64,000 bases of DNA from Chitinophagales bacterium. GTDB lineage: Bacteria; Bacteroidota; Bacteroidia; Chitinophagales; JADJOU01. The stretch spans positions 10,896 through 74,895 of the forward strand of contig JAURJQ010000010.1 of assembly GCA_030832185.1 (NCBI GenBank), given 5' to 3'. Made by a program: the position numbers and the translations under genes. The notes beneath the pieces were generated by a model. That model was not told the origin of the DNA. It ran no database searches and saw nothing but the letters and a program-made list of their open reading frames with translations. This document shows, piece by piece, positions 11,101 through 20,192 of the stretch. How positions within the stretch are numbered: position 1 is the first letter of the stretch; every line of letters starts with the position of its first letter.

Positions 11101-14100
11101 ATACAGCGGTTTGATTTGTCTGACTTATTAATAGATTGGCAGGGGTCCACTGTTTATTCGCACCACTAGAGTTCGTATGATTTATAGTCACCAGACTGTC
11201 CTTACATTTAATAGTATCTGCGTTTAATTTTACAAATACTTGAGTAAATTTCACGAATACAGAATCTTTAAATTGGCAGAAACTTTTTTGATTGTGCTGC
11301 GCTTCGATATATATTTTTCTAGAGGTATTGCTGAGATTAAATATTGCTGGACTTGTATTCTGCGGAGTAGTCAATGTAGCCGCAGGTTGCCAATTTATGG
11401 TGTAATTTGTATGCGTATTGGCTGTAGCTCGGGCAAGTTCGTTAAAGCATAGTATACTATCTATTTGCCAATTTAGTTTGTCTTTTAATAATTTAAAAGA
11501 AAGGGTATCCTTAGCTATACATGAAGCCGAAATCGTCTTGGTGACAATGAGGGTCATTGTGGTGTCAAATTGAAAACGCACCGTATCTAAATTCTGATAT
11601 AATACATTGATAGCAGGACTGAAGCTTAGTGTTCCACCTATAAAATTTGATTTGACTAGTAGGGTAATGATATCTCCTTTGCAGGCTATAGTATCTGCTT
11701 CAGCATTTAGCGTAGGTATTCCACCTATAATCGTTTTCTTAGTTGTAGTGATACAACCATATTCGCTTACGTAGTTTACAGTTATATCTGTCGGCAGCGC
11801 TGTAAATAGATAGGTCGCAGAATCTCTAGTAGATTGAACGAGCATATTTTTAGGTAACCAGTCATAGGTGCCTAATGAGTATTTGGGACAGGTAAATGTA
11901 GTAGAAGAGCCAATACAAGCAACATTGTCTCCCGATATAGTAAGTGCTTTAGGGGTATCTATAAGTACTCTCTGGTAAAAGGTATCTGTACATCCTGTTT
12001 TTTGAATAATAAGTCGATATTGGGTATTGACCGCAGGGGAGGCATAAGGGGATAAAATTGTAGGATCGTCTAGGCTAGTAGTTGGAGTCCATGTAAATGT
12101 CATTCCGGTATCGACTATGTTAGTGAATCCTATTCTGGCAGAGCTGCCTTTACATATCGTTTTATCTGACAAGGTATCTGCTGTAGTCCCTAAAATCACA
12201 ATATTTTTCACAAGTGTGTCTACTTTATTGCAGGAGGTAGAATCTCGTATGATGAGCATGGCAGAATAGATGCCAGGATTGGTAAATGTGACCGCAGGTT
12301 CTCTAAGAGTAGAGGTCACCCCATTACTAAAAATCCAGTTATATTGTGTATTCGTACTCACGGTATGACTAAAATTGTTCATTTTGATATTAGCCGGCGC
12401 ACAAGCTGGCGAATAGGTAAATTCTGCTTTTACAGGAAGGCCAAAATCAAATTTTATGACGCCTAGATTACAGTTTGAACTATTATTTGAAGGTCCTACC
12501 ACGGAGGCAGCATTGGGATAGATGGGGAAATTCTGTTGACCACCGCATCCTGCACATACTGCATGATAGACTATGCCATTTTTGTCAAATCTACTCGTTC
12601 CACCATCCACGTGCTCTTGCGAGAGAGTCGTGGTTCCTCCAAAGAAAGACCCATAATAGAGGGCACTTAAGTTTCCTTCTAGTATCATCATGTAAAAACC
12701 ATTACCCAATGTAGTAGATTGAAATGCATTGGATGTGACTGGTAAACCTGCTGTGGAGAGGGAGAATGTGTTAAACGAGCCCAGATTGCTGCCCCAGCCA
12801 GTGATGAATATTTTATCACAATAATCTACTAGGAAAGCTGTAGGTGATATATCTGGATTTTGATTTCCACGTCCGAACATAGTAGAACGCACTTTGGCTG
12901 TAGCTGTAGAATTGAGTATAGATACAAACTGCCCTGTATGAGGGATAGAATACCCAGCATTGAATAAGTAGTAATTAGTGCTACTATGTGTCGTTTGACC
13001 TAGCAGATTAATCTGGCTCGATTGGTCGCGCTCTACAAAATATATTTGGTCGTAATCGCTAGTCCCATAATAGCTCGCAAATCGCAATGTAGAGAGATTG
13101 TTATTTAAGGATACCACCATCCCATCCGTGTTGCCACTATATGTCGTATTGACTACGCCAGCGGTAGCACCGATATTGCTAGAAGCCGTACCACCTGCTG
13201 CTATAATATTTCCCGAATTGTCAAAACATAAATCATAGGTGGCATCGTCTCCTGATCCCCCTAAGTAAGTGAAGGATAGAAGACTGGTTAAATTGGTATT
13301 AAACTTAGCGAGAATACCATCGTATCCGCCCGAATTAGTAGTCTTATATCCGCCTACTACTGTAGGTAAATTTGTAGAATTAGATAGCGATGCTAAATAG
13401 ATATTTCCAAATGTATCGGTCTCAATTTCACCTCGTATTCCATCTCCATAATTTTTTACTAAATCAGTGCTAATACCTACACCATCGGTGCCAGAACCGC
13501 CAAAAAAAGTGGAACCAACTAGACCGGTGCCGGTTGGATTAAATTTGGTGATGACAATATCGGCTCCATTGGGATATGCAATTCCTAGTCCATTCAGCGA
13601 TGCAATCCCAGTTAATCCAGGACCACCTGAAAAGCTAGTTCTAAATGCACTCGTTGTTGTTGGGTAATTGGAAGAACTCGTGGTGGCCAGCATAATGAGT
13701 CTATTGTTCTGATCTACCACCAAGCTATGAGGTACGTCATAGCTAGAGCCTCCTATATAGGTGGAATAAATTCTAGCATTTCCCGTAGGACTAAATTTAG
13801 TGATGCCTATATCCGATTGACCTCCAAAGGTGGTCTGATAAGCGCCAGTAGTAGTCGGATATCCAGCTGCGAAGACAAGCCCTGTGCCATAGAGATGACC
13901 TGAGAAATCATAAGTGGCAGAAGCTCCAAAATTATCTCCTGTAGACCCACTATAGCTGCTAAATATGATCTGTGGGTCAATTTCTAATATCTGACTCCCC
14001 TTGATCTCATTTAGATCCACTTTGAAACTTAAGATATTATTTTCAAGTGAGAAATTGCTGTTGATGTCTGTTATTTGACCTTCTTGATGCAAAAAAGTAA

Positions 14101-14689
14101 TTGGTTTCTCATCGACTACATCCCCAAGCACTGTGCTAGAAACTAGATCTCCATTTGGCTTGAGATAAATATTAGACAATCCATTAAACTTCATCTTTAT
14201 ATCACTTACCTTAGCTCCAGCTTTGAGATAGAAGGTGTATTTAGGTTGAAAATACTTAGAACTAATAACTAAATCAATATTAGGATATAAATTTCTATAG
14301 CGAATATCTTCGTATCCATGACATCCACCTTTCCATTGAGCTGGATTTTCACTTAGAAAAAAATTGAAATATTCGTCGAATTTTTTTTCAGCACTTACCT
14401 GAGGCTGCGACAGGCTGTTTAGAAACTCTATCTGATATGCATGTCCTTGACAAGGTTTACTGTAGTCATAGCTGCTATCAAATTTATGACTTTTATTCTC
14501 CGTCACATTGACTGTGATTTTATTATTCTCTAAGTAGATAGCACCATTTTTTATAGAGGTTTTATATAGTACGTTCTCATGCCATTGGCCTTTATTCTCT
14601 ATATAAATTAACTTGTTGGATCCATTGCTATGTCCATACCCTAGAAGTGGATATAGAATGGCGTAGAATAATGCTATGGATATCCTCAC
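8117..14689 (-). CDS. Giant (2190 aa) T9SS-secreted surface adhesin: beta-propeller repeat region, PKD/Ig-like module arrays, type-B C-terminal sorting domain
   Basis: GTG start with a hydrophobic N-terminus. Residues ~240-750 contain repeated G-x-S-x-D...G-N-I/Y...T-S-S-N-(Y/F)-P-T-T motifs of the SBBP beta-propeller type. Residues ~750-2090 are Cys-containing ~80-aa modules (C.GD...L.A....Y.W.P). The C-terminus is VPTGFTPNKDGKNDALYV...YDRWGQLIFES...GWDG...GVFAYYL...GNITILK. Confidence 0.9.
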   Translation of the reverse strand: MRISIALFYAILYPLLGYGHSNGSNKLIYIENKGQWHENVLYKTSIKNGAIYLENNKITVNVTENKSHKFDSSYDYSKPCQGHAYQIEFLNSLSQPQVSAEKKFDEYFNFFLSENPAQWKGGCHGYEDIRYRNLYPNIDLVISSKYFQPKYTFYLKAGAKVSDIKMKFNGLSNIYLKPNGDLVSSTVLGDVVDEKPITFLHQEGQITDINSNFSLENNILSFKVDLNEIKGSQILEIDPQIIFSSYSGSTGDNFGASATYDFSGHLYGTGLVFAAGYPTTTGAYQTTFGGQSDIGITKFSPTGNARIYSTYIGGSSYDVPHSLVVDQNNRLIMLATTSSSNYPTTTSAFRTSFSGGPGLTGIASLNGLGIAYPNGADIVITKFNPTGTGLVGSTFFGGSGTDGVGISTDLVKNYGDGIRGEIETDTFGNIYLASLSNSTNLPTVVGGYKTTNSGGYDGILAKFNTNLTSLLSFTYLGGSGDDATYDLCFDNSGNIIAAGGTASSNIGATAGVVNTTYSGNTDGMVVSLNNNLSTLRFASYYGTSDYDQIYFVERDQSSQINLLGQTTHSSTNYYLFNAGYSIPHTGQFVSILNSTATAKVRSTMFGRGNQNPDISPTAFLVDYCDKIFITGWGSNLGSFNTFSLSTAGLPVTSNAFQSTTLGNGFYMMILEGNLSALYYGSFFGGTTTLSQEHVDGGTSRFDKNGIVYHAVCAGCGGQQNFPIYPNAASVVGPSNNSSNCNLGVIKFDFGLPVKAEFTYSPACAPANIKMNNFSHTVSTNTQYNWIFSNGVTSTLREPAVTFTNPGIYSAMLIIRDSTSCNKVDTLVKNIVILGTTADTLSDKTICKGSSARIGFTNIVDTGMTFTWTPTTSLDDPTILSPYASPAVNTQYRLIIQKTGCTDTFYQRVLIDTPKALTISGDNVACIGSSTTFTCPKYSLGTYDWLPKNMLVQSTRDSATYLFTALPTDITVNYVSEYGCITTTKKTIIGGIPTLNAEADTIACKGDIITLLVKSNFIGGTLSFSPAINVLYQNLDTVRFQFDTTMTLIVTKTISASCIAKDTLSFKLLKDKLNWQIDSILCFNELARATANTHTNYTINWQPAATLTTPQNTSPAIFNLSNTSRKIYIEAQHNQKSFCQFKDSVFVKFTQVFVKLNADTIKCKDSLVTINHTNSSGANKQWTPANLLISQTNQTAVFRVPQTGYYKMTVTDSNCVVSDSIRIVILNDMVELTGDTLICPNDIARISATRLPGANYQWTPFPPIIGKSDTSHIRVKTENSQWFYVHIQDTQKCYVFDSILLKQVDSTQVAKADFKANTNCQNLSINFTNTSRAVSSSPSYSWNFNGQGSSTQTNPSFNFTSYGLQNVTLIIQDNASCNKFDTITQAIYILNNSFTALPTIKSCQGDSVSIGLKGVTDPTATISWTPNTQMSGNNSFNPTVKVNAQTTFRAFITKNGCTDTLEQTVLIDVPKPLSINGPTTVCNLATVLYTATPYSVGQYNWEPFAHIAYQNRDSARIILTTNRKIKVNYVSDYNCLSSDSLFVQIANANISLQMDTIGCKDEILTLNYSANIAGGFYSFTPSSNIISSNANSAQYRIDTTRIITIDYRINNACFDTKTLTIKLLEDAVNWQPDTITCRGLNTQAIANISNRWNLIWSPTGLLQSVQGVSPASFGPLNRDSSIFIQATIIDRPTCIFRDTARIRLFENLIQISGPKSNCKDSFVSLQANLIPNTTYTWGPNNALFNANLNTAIFKTDISRNYFVTARFKNLCTAVDSHFVFAGNPDLKLWADTIVCANDTVSLNATALAGASYTWSNGATTPSTIVTVTQPTIYRLSVIDSNNCRLNDSLHIKLFDPTTLKLFSRDSIVCKFDTVKLSVPNYAKVTYQWVPSLPILSGQGTSSIKAWINVDTKFQILATLSRGSSSCFVLDSILMRKDTQFLKISGNQIVCKGDTLTLTATPNNSFTYQWNPLNWISLNRNIARYQILDSMLIRCVATSSTFGKCKYRDSIKADRSRYLDDLRVSATPDRIEYGSTSILQATASNIVGYTWSPAKTLDNRFIPTPEAKPDTTTTYYVTVRDPLGCRSGDSVVVTVFYEICDHPEVYVPTGFTPNKDGKNDALYVMGDNIQKMHFMIYDRWGQLIFESNNQKKGWDGTYKGIELEPGVFAYYLYVECIGGGTSSQKGNITILK
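8120..8392 (-). other. T9SS type-B (gliding-motility-associated) C-terminal sorting domain of the adhesin
   Basis: Last ~90 aa: PEVYVPTGFTPNKDGKNDALYVMG...MIYDRWGQLIFES...KGWDGTYKG...GVFAYYLYVE...KGNITILK. Confidence 0.85.
9098..10765 (-). repeat. Adhesin super-module copy B (aa ~1309-1864)
   Basis: Collinear with copy A at a constant offset of 555-556 aa. Matching pairs: KADFKANT / KAEFTYSP, LIDVPKPLSING / LIDTPKALTISG, VNYVSDYNC / VNYVSEYGC, KLLEDAVNWQPDTITC / KLLKDKLNWQIDSILC. Confidence 0.8.
10766..12436 (-). repeat. Adhesin super-module copy A (aa ~752-1308)
   Basis: See copy B. Each copy begins with a PKD-like domain followed by about six Ig-like modules. Confidence 0.8.
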
Positions 14690-14724
14690 GAATCTAGTTT
14701 TGTATTTATTGCATGTTATCTACA

Positions 14725-14732
14725 CAAATATA
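14725..14732 (-). promoter_or_regulatory. Candidate -7 box (TATATTTG on minus strand) for the adhesin gene
   Basis: TAnnTTTG, 36 nt upstream of the GTG at 14689. Confidence 0.35.
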
Positions 14733-14774
14733 AGGCTTTAGATTTAATTCTGAGACTTATTTTTATATTTTATT

Positions 14775-14782
14775 TACATTTG
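14775..14782 (+). promoter_or_regulatory. Candidate -7 box TACATTTG for the OmpA-family gene
   Basis: TAnnTTTG, 20 nt upstream of the ATG at 14803. Confidence 0.45.
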
Positions 14783-14802
14783 CTGGAGATTAAATTAAAA
14801 GA

Positions 14803-15597
14803 ATGAATTTAAAGAGTATTTTGGTATTAGCTTTCTTTATAATTTACGTCATACTTTGCTGGAAAAATTATGTATGTGGGATTAAAAATTTATGTCCAGA
14901 AAGTGAGACTCAGGATGCTATTCTTCGTGGAAATCCTATTCAGTTTTATAAGAACTCAGATAGTTACGTCTTAGGTGATTTCGATCATTACGCTGATTCA
15001 CTTAGTAATATTGCCAAGTTCAATAAAATCGACTTAGTGGGTTATTATGCTCCAGAAGAAGTTAATTCAACTTTTTATGAAAATTTGGGAATAGCGCGCG
15101 CTCAGATTTTTAAAGAATTGCTCATTAATAGAGGACTAGATTCCAATCAAGTACAAATATTTGGATTGCTTAAAAATGCCAAGTTTCAAGATACTCTATC
15201 GGTGATGCACACAACGGATGTTTCTGCTAGTATAGATATGACTAGCCCAGATATACAGCTAGTGAGTCATCATGGTATTACGGAAATCTACTTCCCATCT
15301 AATTCGACTAATGAAATCAAGAGTGAAGCTTTGAGTAATTATCTAAGTTCATTAGTATCTGTCTCGAAAGATAGTAAAATATATGTGATTGGTCATACGG
15401 ATAATTTAGGCGATGAAGACGCCAATAAATCACTATCTCTATTACGAGCAAACACAGTCAAAGATCAATTGATAAAGTTTGGCATGCCGGCTACAAATAT
15501 AGCTTGTGAAGGTAGGGGTTCAAGCAGTCCCAAGGTTAATAATTCTACCGAAGAAAACCGCGCATTAAATCGACGCGTAGAAGTCAAAATTCAATAA
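14803..15597 (+). CDS. OmpA-family (peptidoglycan-binding) membrane-anchored protein
   Basis: N-terminal TM helix. The C-terminal OmpA_C motif is IGHTDNLGDEDANKSLSLLRANTVKDQL...NRALNRRVEVKI. A weaker OmpA-like segment lies upstream (LVGYYAPEE...NLGIARAQIFKELL). Confidence 0.85.
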   Translation: MNLKSILVLAFFIIYVILCWKNYVCGIKNLCPESETQDAILRGNPIQFYKNSDSYVLGDFDHYADSLSNIAKFNKIDLVGYYAPEEVNSTFYENLGIARAQIFKELLINRGLDSNQVQIFGLLKNAKFQDTLSVMHTTDVSASIDMTSPDIQLVSHHGITEIYFPSNSTNEIKSEALSNYLSSLVSVSKDSKIYVIGHTDNLGDEDANKSLSLLRANTVKDQLIKFGMPATNIACEGRGSSSPKVNNSTEENRALNRRVEVKIQ

Positions 15598-15615
15598 CTA
15601 AACAAATTTTTATTT

Positions 15616-16320
15616 ATGATATTTTTATTTTTAATTCTAAATGTATTTGGAGAGAATCTATTTAAAAAATATGATAGCACGGATGCTACATGGGAAATAC
15701 TACTCATGCTTGCAGGTGCAGCAGTCATAGGATTTTTAGTGCGTCATTTTATTGGATTTCGAAAGAAGGAATTTATTATAGAACAAAAAGGGGAAGTCAA
15801 TTCAAATCTCAATGTAAATGATTCGTCTGATTTATCAGATCAAATAGAAAGGCTTCGAGACGAAATAGATAGATTGGTAGGGTTATCCGAGAATCAATCA
15901 AATGGATTAACATTAGAAAGTCAGTTAAAAGGTAATGGCAATTCTAACCTGAAACAAAAAACGACTGCATTGGGTGAAATCTCATCATTAGCTTCACTTA
16001 AATCGTCAGAGATAAAGGTAGAAAAAGTAACAGCAAAGGTCTCTACAAAAAAAAGTAGCGAAGAGCATGATGATCTAAAAGTAATTGAAGGTATAGGTCC
16101 TGCATTAGAGAGACTCTTAAATGAGAATGGAATATTTTCGTATGATCAATTGGCAAATCATAAGGTAAGTCAATTGAAAGAAATTTTAGATAAAGCTGGT
16201 CCTCGCTTCCGAGTGCATGTGCCTGAAACGTGGCCTGAGCAGGCAGGTTTGCTTCGTGATGGCAAGACAGATGCTTTCAAAGCTCTTACAGAGAGATTGA
16301 AGGGTGGCAGAAGGGTGTAG
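15616..16320 (+). CDS. Membrane protein with C-terminal helix-hairpin-helix (H3TH, flap-endonuclease-like) domain
   Basis: Two N-terminal hydrophobic segments, then a low-complexity/coiled-coil linker. The C-terminus is DDLKVIEGIGPALERLLNENGIFSYDQLA...ETWPEQAGLL...LKGGRR, typical of the widespread COG3743-type domain. Confidence 0.6.
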   Translation: MIFLFLILNVFGENLFKKYDSTDATWEILLMLAGAAVIGFLVRHFIGFRKKEFIIEQKGEVNSNLNVNDSSDLSDQIERLRDEIDRLVGLSENQSNGLTLESQLKGNGNSNLKQKTTALGEISSLASLKSSEIKVEKVTAKVSTKKSSEEHDDLKVIEGIGPALERLLNENGIFSYDQLANHKVSQLKEILDKAGPRFRVHVPETWPEQAGLLRDGKTDAFKALTERLKGGRRV

Positions 16321-16392
16321 TATTTTTTAAATTTTCTTTTTCTATCGAGTCACGTGAAAGGGACTCAGATGGAAAAGACTTAATCATTCAAA

Positions 16393-16605
16393 ATGGGTGA
16401 CATAATTGATACAATTGTGACTTCATATTATTTTAGGATTTTTGCTATCATTTATGGATTTTATGAGTTAATAGATACCCTAAAGAACACTCTAAGAGAA
16501 TCTAATTCATCGTTTCAGCGCTCTGTTATTGGAATTCTTGCTTCATTAGGATCTATAATTCTTGGGATAGTTGTAATTTATCTGAAGATAGTAGGAGAGC
16601 TGTAG
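16393..16605 (+). CDS. Small (70 aa) two-TM hypothetical protein
   Basis: ATG-initiated ORF with two hydrophobic helices and no recognisable motif. Confidence 0.3.
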   Translation: MGDIIDTIVTSYYFRIFAIIYGFYELIDTLKNTLRESNSSFQRSVIGILASLGSIILGIVVIYLKIVGEL

Positions 16606-16743
16606 AGTTCAATTCCTCGTTCGGGCGATAATAAATCTTTGACTTATCTTTGTTTTCTTTTACTAGAAGGAGTTAGCGTAATTATTTGCCAATTAAAAAT
16701 TTGTGAATTTGTGGCAAAACCTCTCCATTTTTCTAAAAAATTG

Positions 16744-16751
16744 TAAGTTTG
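16744..16751 (+). promoter_or_regulatory. Candidate -7 box TAAGTTTG for the carboxyltransferase gene
   Basis: TAnnTTTG, 21 nt upstream of the ATG at 16773. It lies inside the TTG-extended tracked ORF, which argues for the ATG start. Confidence 0.4.
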
Positions 16752-16772
16752 TCTTTTATCGAATATAGACAG

Positions 16773-18311
16773 ATGAACGCATTTGAAAAATTAGAAGCTT
16801 TAAGGCAAAAGGCCAAATTGGGTGGTGGAGAGAAAAGAATAGTTTCTCAGCACGCCAAGGGGAAATTAACTGCTAGAGAGCGAGTGGAAATACTTCTCGA
16901 TGAGAACTCATTTGAAGAAATCGGCATGTTTGTAGAGCATAGATGTACTGATTTTGATATGCAAAGTGATAAATACCTGGGAGATGGCGTGGTGACTGGT
17001 CATGGTACCATTGATAGACGTTTGGTTTATGTGTTTTCGCAGGATTTTACGGTATTTGGTGGTTCGCTATCGGAGACACATGCAGAGAAGATATGTAAAA
17101 TCATGGATTTAGCTATCCAGAATGGAGCACCCATAATAGGACTGAATGATAGCGGTGGTGCTCGTATTCAAGAAGGGGTGAGTTCATTGGGAGGATACGC
17201 TGATATTTTTTGGAGAAATACGAAGGCAAGCGGAGTGATTCCTCAAATTTCTGCCATCATGGGCCCTTGCGCCGGCGGAGCAGTCTACTCGCCAGCCATT
17301 ACTGATTTTATATTTATGGTAGAGAAGACGAGCTATATGTTTGTCACGGGTCCCAATGTAGTCAAGACAGTCACCCATGAAGATATAACCAGTGAGGAGC
17401 TAGGTGGTGCAGATACCCATTCGAGCATTAGCGGCGTGACCCATTTCAAAGCTCCAAATGAAGTCGAGTGTCTTCAAATGATTCGAAAATTGGTGAGTTA
17501 TTTACCGCAGAATTGTGAAGATACGGCCTATTCTCATTCCTATAGTATAGGCTCGGAAACTAGAGAGAAGTTAGACACTCTGATACCTGCTAGTCCCAAC
17601 CAGCCTTATGATATGCATGAGGTCATAGAGGGAATCATCGATGAAAATTCTTTTTTCGAGGTACATAAAGATTGGGCCGAAAATATCATTTGTGGGTTCA
17701 GTAGAATAGGTGGCAGAAGCGTGGGTGTGGTTGCTAATCAGCCTTCTAGTATGGCGGGTGTATTGGATATTAATTCAAGTAGAAAAGCGGCAAGATTTGT
17801 TCGATTTTGCGACGCATTTAACATTCCTTTATTGACCTTGGTCGATGTACCTGGATTTTTACCTGGAAAGGATCAGGAGTGGCAAGGAATCATAACCAAT
17901 GGAGCTAAACTGCTTTTTGCTTTTAGTGAAGCTACTGTGCCTAAAATTACAGTGATTACACGAAAGGCTTATGGTGGAGCTTATGATGTCATGAATTCCA
18001 AGCACATAGGAGCTGATGTGAATTTAGCTTGGCCTACAGCAGAAATAGCGGTCATGGGGGCCAAAGGAGCAGCAGAAATTATATTTAAAAATGAAATAAA
18101 TGCTTCAAATGACAAAGAGGCTACTTGGAGAGAAAAAGAATTAGGCTATATGGATACCTTTGCTAATCCTTATAAAGCAGCTGCTAGAGGCTTTATCGAT
18201 GAGGTTATCTTTCCTAGGGAGACTCGACTGAAAGTCATCAAAGCTTTTAAAATGCTGGAAAATAAAGTATCCAACTTGCCAAAGAAGAAACACGATAATA
18301 TTCCACTGTAG
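16773..18311 (+). CDS. Acyl-CoA carboxylase carboxyltransferase beta subunit (propionyl-CoA carboxylase beta / methylmalonyl-CoA decarboxylase alpha type)
   Basis: ~512 aa with motifs [51 protein letters not shown] and [11 protein letters not shown]. Confidence 0.92.
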   Translation: MNAFEKLEALRQKAKLGGGEKRIVSQHAKGKLTARERVEILLDENSFEEIGMFVEHRCTDFDMQSDKYLGDGVVTGHGTIDRRLVYVFSQDFTVFGGSLSETHAEKICKIMDLAIQNGAPIIGLNDSGGARIQEGVSSLGGYADIFWRNTKASGVIPQISAIMGPCAGGAVYSPAITDFIFMVEKTSYMFVTGPNVVKTVTHEDITSEELGGADTHSSISGVTHFKAPNEVECLQMIRKLVSYLPQNCEDTAYSHSYSIGSETREKLDTLIPASPNQPYDMHEVIEGIIDENSFFEVHKDWAENIICGFSRIGGRSVGVVANQPSSMAGVLDINSSRKAARFVRFCDAFNIPLLTLVDVPGFLPGKDQEWQGIITNGAKLLFAFSEATVPKITVITRKAYGGAYDVMNSKHIGADVNLAWPTAEIAVMGAKGAAEIIFKNEINASNDKEATWREKELGYMDTFANPYKAAARGFIDEVIFPRETRLKVIKAFKMLENKVSNLPKKKHDNIPL

Positions 18312-18406
18312 TTTTCTTGTTTTTAAGTTCATAGAGTCTAAATATCCAAATCTGTATACTAAAAGTAAAAAACGAACTTTATTCTTTCAACTGAAAAAAC
18401 TGATTA

Positions 18407-19189
18407 ATGTACGAATTTCACAAAGATAGAAAGTGGTATTATGAAATGCAGACGCTCAATGCAGAGAAATCTGTTTTGCCATTTATAGAGGAAGTTATGC
18501 CAATAGTTTCTGGTATGAAGGTTCTAGAGGTGGGCTGCGCTGAGGGAGGAGTCTTGAAAGCGTTTAGCAAAAGAGGCTGTATAGGAGTAGGGGTAGAGTT
18601 AGACGAAGCCAGACTCCAAATAGCGATAGATTTCAATCAAGAAGATGTTTATAGTAGAACAATGACTTTGGTTGCCAAAAATGTATATGATTTGGAATTT
18701 CAAAATCAATATAAGGAATATTTTAATCTTATAGTGCTTAAAGATGTTATAGAACATATTCATGATCAAGAAAAGGTCATGATGGTGTTGAAAAACTTTT
18801 TAAAACCTGGCGGTTATATTTTCTTTGGTTTTCCGCCGTTTAATATGCCCTTTGGAGGTCACCAGCAAGTGGCTCAGAGCAAACTGTTTTCAAAAACACC
18901 GTATACACATCTGCTCCCTATGCCACTCTATAAGGGATTGATGAAACTACTGGGAGAGCATCCTGATGGCTATGTAGAAGTGAAAGAAACAGGAATATCT
19001 ATCAATAGATTTGAACAGATAGTAGCCGATACTGGACTGAGTATAGCCAATGAGAGGCATTTTCTTATCAATCCTATTTACGAGTTTAAATTTGGCTGGA
19101 AGCCAAAAGTTCAATATGCTTGGATTAAAGCTATTCCTCATCTGAGAGATTTTTTAACTACCTGCGTATTTTATCTGGTGAAAAAATAA
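18407..19189 (+). CDS. Class I SAM-dependent methyltransferase
   Basis: Motif I VLEVGCAEGGVL and the post-I/II pattern FNLIVLKDVIEHI. Confidence 0.8.
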   Translation: MYEFHKDRKWYYEMQTLNAEKSVLPFIEEVMPIVSGMKVLEVGCAEGGVLKAFSKRGCIGVGVELDEARLQIAIDFNQEDVYSRTMTLVAKNVYDLEFQNQYKEYFNLIVLKDVIEHIHDQEKVMMVLKNFLKPGGYIFFGFPPFNMPFGGHQQVAQSKLFSKTPYTHLLPMPLYKGLMKLLGEHPDGYVEVKETGISINRFEQIVADTGLSIANERHFLINPIYEFKFGWKPKVQYAWIKAIPHLRDFLTTCVFYLVKK

Positions 19190-19193
19190 CAAA

Positions 19194-20192
19194 ATGAGAT
19201 TATTTCTTTTGACTTTCACTACTTTGATTTTTTTATCTCTCAAAACTCCTACCAAAGTTGGGACTAAATCTGATTTAGGAAAAAAGCTTTTTTTCGATAA
19301 AAGATTATCTAAAAATAATCAGGTGAGCTGCGCTAGTTGTCATCGTCCGGAATTCGCATTTGCAGATACATCGGCGGTGAGTATAGGTGTATATGGCAGA
19401 ATGGGAAAGAGAAATAGCCCTAGCGTGATGAATTTGGCATCCCGAGAAGTTTTTTTCTATGACGGCCGTGCCAAAACATTGGAGGAGCAAGCCAGCTTTC
19501 CTATTCAGGATCACAATGAAATGGATATTTTGGTCGATGCTGCTTTTGAGAGGATAGCTCAGGATAAACTGTATCAGAGCTTTTTTCAGAAGGTATATGG
19601 TGAATTGCCCAACAAGACAAATATACTAAATGCAATAGCAGAATTTGAGCGTACCTTAGAGACTTCGAGCCCCTCTGATAAATACATGGCAGGCGATGAG
19701 AATGCGATAAGTGCCTCTGCCAAGCGTGGTCATAATCTATTTCTAAATCCAAAGAACAAATGCTTTGAATGTCATTTTTCTCCGGATTTTACGGGAGATG
19801 AATTTAGAAACATCGGTTTGTTTGATGGAGTCAAGTACAATGATAGTGGACGCTACTTAATAACAAAAAATCCGAATGATATCGGCAAATTTAAAGTGCC
19901 GGGATTGCGAAACGTGGCTGTCACTGGTCCTTACATGCACGATGGCAGCATGAAAACCTTAAAAGAAGTCATAAGTTATTATACGGATATTTACCAACAT
20001 GTTCCTACTCCTATAAACGAAGATAGTCTTGTACGCCAGAAAATAGATTTATCTAATCAAGACATTCTGGATATAGAAAATTTTTTAATTTCACTCACTG
20101 CTCCACAATTTAAACATCTGCTCCATGGAAAGAATATTGATAATAGGCGAAGAAAATCGAGCCAATCTGCTACGAAAAAAACTAGAAAGTGA
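19194..20192 (+). CDS. Di-haem cytochrome c peroxidase (CCP/MauG family)
   Basis: Signal peptide and two CxxCH haem motifs (CASCHRP, CFECHFS), plus PGLRNVAVTGPYMHDGS. A basic ~30-aa C-terminal tail overlaps the next gene by 68 nt. Confidence 0.9.
   Translation: MRLFLLTFTTLIFLSLKTPTKVGTKSDLGKKLFFDKRLSKNNQVSCASCHRPEFAFADTSAVSIGVYGRMGKRNSPSVMNLASREVFFYDGRAKTLEEQASFPIQDHNEMDILVDAAFERIAQDKLYQSFFQKVYGELPNKTNILNAIAEFERTLETSSPSDKYMAGDENAISASAKRGHNLFLNPKNKCFECHFSPDFTGDEFRNIGLFDGVKYNDSGRYLITKNPNDIGKFKVPGLRNVAVTGPYMHDGSMKTLKEVISYYTDIYQHVPTPINEDSLVRQKIDLSNQDILDIENFLISLTAPQFKHLLHGKNIDNRRRKSSQSATKKTRK

Noticed and set aside
8297-13667. Several 66-79-aa plus-strand ORFs (8297, 9492, 11240, 12475, 13467) antisense to the adhesin gene
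   Set aside because: They are short and scattered, and their low-complexity translations mirror the repeat structure of the adhesin. There is no start context.
20125-20192. The 68-nt overlap between the peroxidase and the next gene as a possible frameshift or fusion
   Set aside because: The peroxidase is already full-length before the overlap; the conserved end ENFLISLT precedes a basic tail. The downstream gene has its own ATG and an N-terminus that aligns with homologous enzymes. There is no slippery site.
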